NCBI RefSeq assembly: GCF_004010195.1
Contig: NC_057728.1
Span: 43,055,040 to 43,108,386, forward strand
Source: Chiloscyllium plagiosum
Taxonomy: Eukaryota
Reading direction: 5' to 3'
DNA: 53,347 bases
This document shows, in pieces, positions 49,870 to 53,347 of the stretch (the first letter of the stretch is position 1; every line of letters starts with the position of its first letter). The notes beneath the pieces are model-generated. The model ran no database searches and had not been told where the DNA came from. It saw nothing but the letters and a program-made list of their open reading frames with translations. Both the position numbers and the translations under genes were made by a program.

Positions 49870-49946
49870 GCCTGAAACATTAATTCTGTTCTTTCTCTAC
49901 AGATGTTGCATGACCTATTGAGTATTTCAAGCAATTTCCATTTTTA
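49870..49946 (+). mobile_element. Decayed family-2 Penelope-like end
   Basis: gaaacattaattctgtt..ctctacagatgttgcatgacctattgagtatttcaagca. Confidence 0.5.
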
Positions 49947-51539
49947 CTTAGCACCTTTATTGGTTCATGAAGTCTTTGGCATATGCTATTTATACATACA
50001 GAGAAGGGATGAAATAATTATCATGTAGGATGTCAAATATTGGTGCATTACGAGGCAATTCAGCTTTTTATATCAGATTTATTAAATGTTATTGTGATTA
50101 AAATACTTCATTTTGTTTTTTGTACAATACAAACACAGATGCCATAACCCAAGATCACAGAGCTGGGTCTACAAATATTTTGTACAGTCAATTCATACTG
50201 GAAATACACAAAATGTTACAGGGCACTGACAAGAGTGGAAGATCTATCAATCAGTCTATGAACTTTATAAGAAATATGTTTTCTTAAAACAGTTGCCTGT
50301 GGTTGAGCAATGGGTCACAGAAATAAAAAGTAGATACGGTTAACCGGAAGTCAATTCTCTTAAAAAATGCTAGGTCATTATTGCTCAAGCCCACAGTGAA
50401 AAATGTTCATAATATTGAAGAGAAGGTGCCCACATTACTAAGGAAGGTTCTGGCCTAGCCAGGGAGAACACATAATCCAATTTGATGACCTTTATTCATT
50501 ATATGCAGATTTGCGCAGTCTGAGAAGGATCAACAGCTCCCACTGTGAGCTATTACTGACTATCCTGCAGCCAACAAAAGAATGATTATATATTTCACAA
50601 AGCAAACTGGATAAATAGGTCTCCTTTAAATCTAGTAAACTTTTTAAAAATAATGACTTCATGTTTTAATGGTAATGGTTTAACGTATTTTTCAAATTTG
50701 CTGGATTTGCAAATGTATGTAATGCAATTAATTTAGGGTAATACATCCTTTCTACGTGTCCCACAGAAAAGATTTCTTGCAAGTTCTTGCAGTTCCCTTA
50801 TGTTGTGATGCTTAAAACCTAAAATCATTACATTTGTTCATGACTTCAAGGTGCATTTCTTGCTCTTGTATCATATAGTGAAAACATTTTGTGCACAGAC
50901 ACTATAAATCATTTTTGTGAGAAACTGAAGTAAATAGGTCAAATGTCAAAACATAATTTCAGTTCTTTGCTTTTTATCAAATACATTTAGGGTTGACTTC
51001 CCCAAAATGGCCTCTAGCTTGTTTTGGCAAATGTAATACTTTCTTCTATTAACTTTGACAAATGACGCAAAGTTAAGAAAAATGTGCGGAGTACAGTTTT
51101 GTAGCTTTTAATGTGTCTGTGACCAGGAAGATTCTAATATTTGAAGTTGTTCCACTGTTTTTTTTGTCACACAGGAACAGTCTCTTGTTCTTACAGCACT
51201 TAACATGGATGATTCAGAAAATACTGCTAAAACATGCTGGAAATATACAAAATGTAAGGGCATACCATGTTCACAAATCATAACTTAAGATTTTCTAGCA
51301 CTCCACTATTGGCTTGTAAGAAAAATCAACATGGATATTGGAAAAGTATGTCTGTGGGTACTATCAAAAATGTATAAAATTCTGATTTCATATGCACAAT
51401 TAGCCAACATCCAAAGTTATTTCATAATTATAGCACCCTTGAAATGCCCCAAATATCTTTGCAGTAAATTAAATATTTTTGAAATATTGTCACCATTGTC
51501 AACTTGGCAATCAAAAGAAAAAAAAAGTACCTTTAATTA

Positions 51540-51810
51540 CTTTAAGCCACTTTGCAGCCTGTTGTAATGTGGAAAAGACAGTAGATATGAGAAAAAATTA
51601 CCAGTTAAACAATTTTTGGTCTCTGGCTTGAGTGATAAATATTGGCCAGGTCAATAGGAGAATGCTTCCTATTTCCTTTGACAGGTTTCATGTAATCTTG
51701 TCAATTCAACTCAGAGAGCAGACTGGCCTTTGTTTTAACCTCTCTTCCAGCCAGAACAGTTTTTTTGCTCTTCCACACTCCATGAAAGTACTGTCAAGAT
51801 TCAGACTTGA
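51540..51810 (-). mobile_element. DeuSINE/SacSINE1-like remnant
   Basis: ctgttgtaatgtggaaa...gataaatattggccagg...gagagcagactggcc; resembles 45960-46100. Confidence 0.5.
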
Positions 51811-52039
51811 ATTCCTGCTGTTTGCCCTTACCTGATCACCTCTCCACATCCACCTCTTGCCCTGTAGCATTTGCTCAGGGATCAGTTCATCATTTGAGCC
51901 ACTTGACATTGATGGCTTCAAATGTTATGAACTACTTCTGTAGGTGCAATCAGCATGTACAGCTCCTGAAACAGTTGGATTGTCAGCTATTAAAAATAGC
52001 TGAGTATTTAGAGTTCAGGAGGAGCATGTACCTGTGAAA

Positions 52040-53347
52040 ATGAATGATAAGGATTGCAAGATTTTGGATGACAAGTAAAATTGAAAGCTTAATAAAAAGG
52101 AAAAGGAGGCATAGGAAACCGAAGATAGACAGAGCTCAAAGATAGCAGGAAAGAATTCAAACAGGGATTAAGGAAAGCTAAAAAGGGCCATGAAATGTCT
52201 TTGACAAACAGGATTAAGGAAAATCCCAAGGTGTTTTACATATATAAGGAGCAAGAGGGTAGCTAAGAAAGGGGTAGGATGACTAAAGGACAAAGGAAGG
52301 AATGTATGCTTATAGCTGGAGGAAATAAGTAGGTCCTAAATGAATACTTTTCATCGGTATTCATAAAGGAGAAGGTATGGTGGATGGTGAGTCTTGGAAA
52401 GGGTTTGTAGAACTTCTAGGGTATATCAATATAAAAAAAGGTGTTGGATGTTTGAAAAGTATTAAAGTAGACAAGTCCCCAGACCTGATGGATCTATCCC
52501 AAAATGCTGAGGGAGGCAGGTCAGGAAATTGCTGGGGCCTTGTATAAAAAACTTTGTATCCTCTTTAGCCAAAGAAGAGGTCCCAGAGGACTCGAGAACA
52601 GCACATCTTGTTCCTTTGTTTAAGAAGGGCAAGAGCGATAATCCAGGAAATTAGAGGCCAGAGAGGCTTACATCAATGGTAACTAAATTATTGGAGAAGA
52701 TTCATAGGGATAAGATTTACTCTTTTTTTGGAAACACATGGTCTTATTAGTGATAGACCTTGGAGTGCCGATTCATAGCTTCTTGAAAGTGGAGTTGCAT
52801 GTAAATAGGATAGTGAAGCCGTTTGGTATGCTTTCCTTTATTGGTCAGAGTATTGAGTACAGGAGTTTGGAGGTCATGTTGCGGCTGTACAGGACATTGT
52901 TTGGGCCACTGTTGGAATACTGCGTTCAATTCTGGTCTCCTTCTTATTGGAAAGATGTTGTGAAACTTGAAAGGGTTCAGGAAAGATTTACAAGAATGTT
53001 ACCAGGGTTGGAGGATTTGAGCTATAGGGAGAGGCTGAACAGGCTGGGGTTGTTTTCCCTGGAGCATCAGAGGCTGAGGGGTGACCTTATAGAGGTTTAC
53101 AAAATTATGAGGGTCATGGATAGGGTAAATAGGCAAAGTCTTTTCCCTGGGGTCAGGGAGTCCAGAACCAGAGGGCATAGGTTTAGGGTGAGAGGGGAAA
53201 GATATGAAAGAGACCTATGGGGCAACTTTTTCATGCAGAGGGTGGTATGTGTATGGAATGAGCTGCCAGAGGAAGTGGTGGAGGCTGGTACAATTGCAAC
53301 ATTTAAGAGGCATTTGGATGGGCATATGAATGGGAAGGGTTTGGAGG
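52040..53347 (+). mobile_element. CR1 ORF2: linker/pre-RT part joined at about 52757 to an RT C-terminal/3' part
   Basis: WMT..IE.LIKRK, RIKENPK.FY and DKSP.PDG up to HGLISD. It then jumps to LG..IH..LKV, LLEYCVQFWSP and RGDLIEVYKIMRV and continues to the window end; the RT core is missing. Confidence 0.9.

Overview
Vertebrate genomic DNA, almost certainly an elasmobranch (shark), judged from HE1-type SINEs with (TCTAA)n tails, abundant CR1 LINEs and SacSINE1/DeuSINE-like repeats. The only host gene I can support is the 5' part of LIN7A (MALS-1/Veli-1) on the minus strand. It has a CpG-rich promoter and coding exon 1 (44721-44757), a 20.7-kb intron 1, and exon 2 (23859-23977, L27 domain). Everything to the left of exon 2 appears to be intron 2; exon 3 was not found. 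The provided ORF track misses this gene. The rest is mostly repeat debris: CR1, L2 and RTE LINE fragments, several SINE families, a probable solo LTR and a 27-bp minisatellite with 81-bp higher-order structure. The most interesting signal is about a dozen short (90-240 bp) non-coding elements carrying a minimal hammerhead-ribozyme core (CUGANGA-stem-GAAACGUC) of the kind known from Penelope-like elements. Many are folded back into long palindromes, are flanked by 9-15-bp target-site duplications, and are sometimes nested. The cores on the LIN7A sense strand are all damaged, while several antisense cores are intact. Repeat family names come from motif recognition, not database searches, and their boundaries are approximate.
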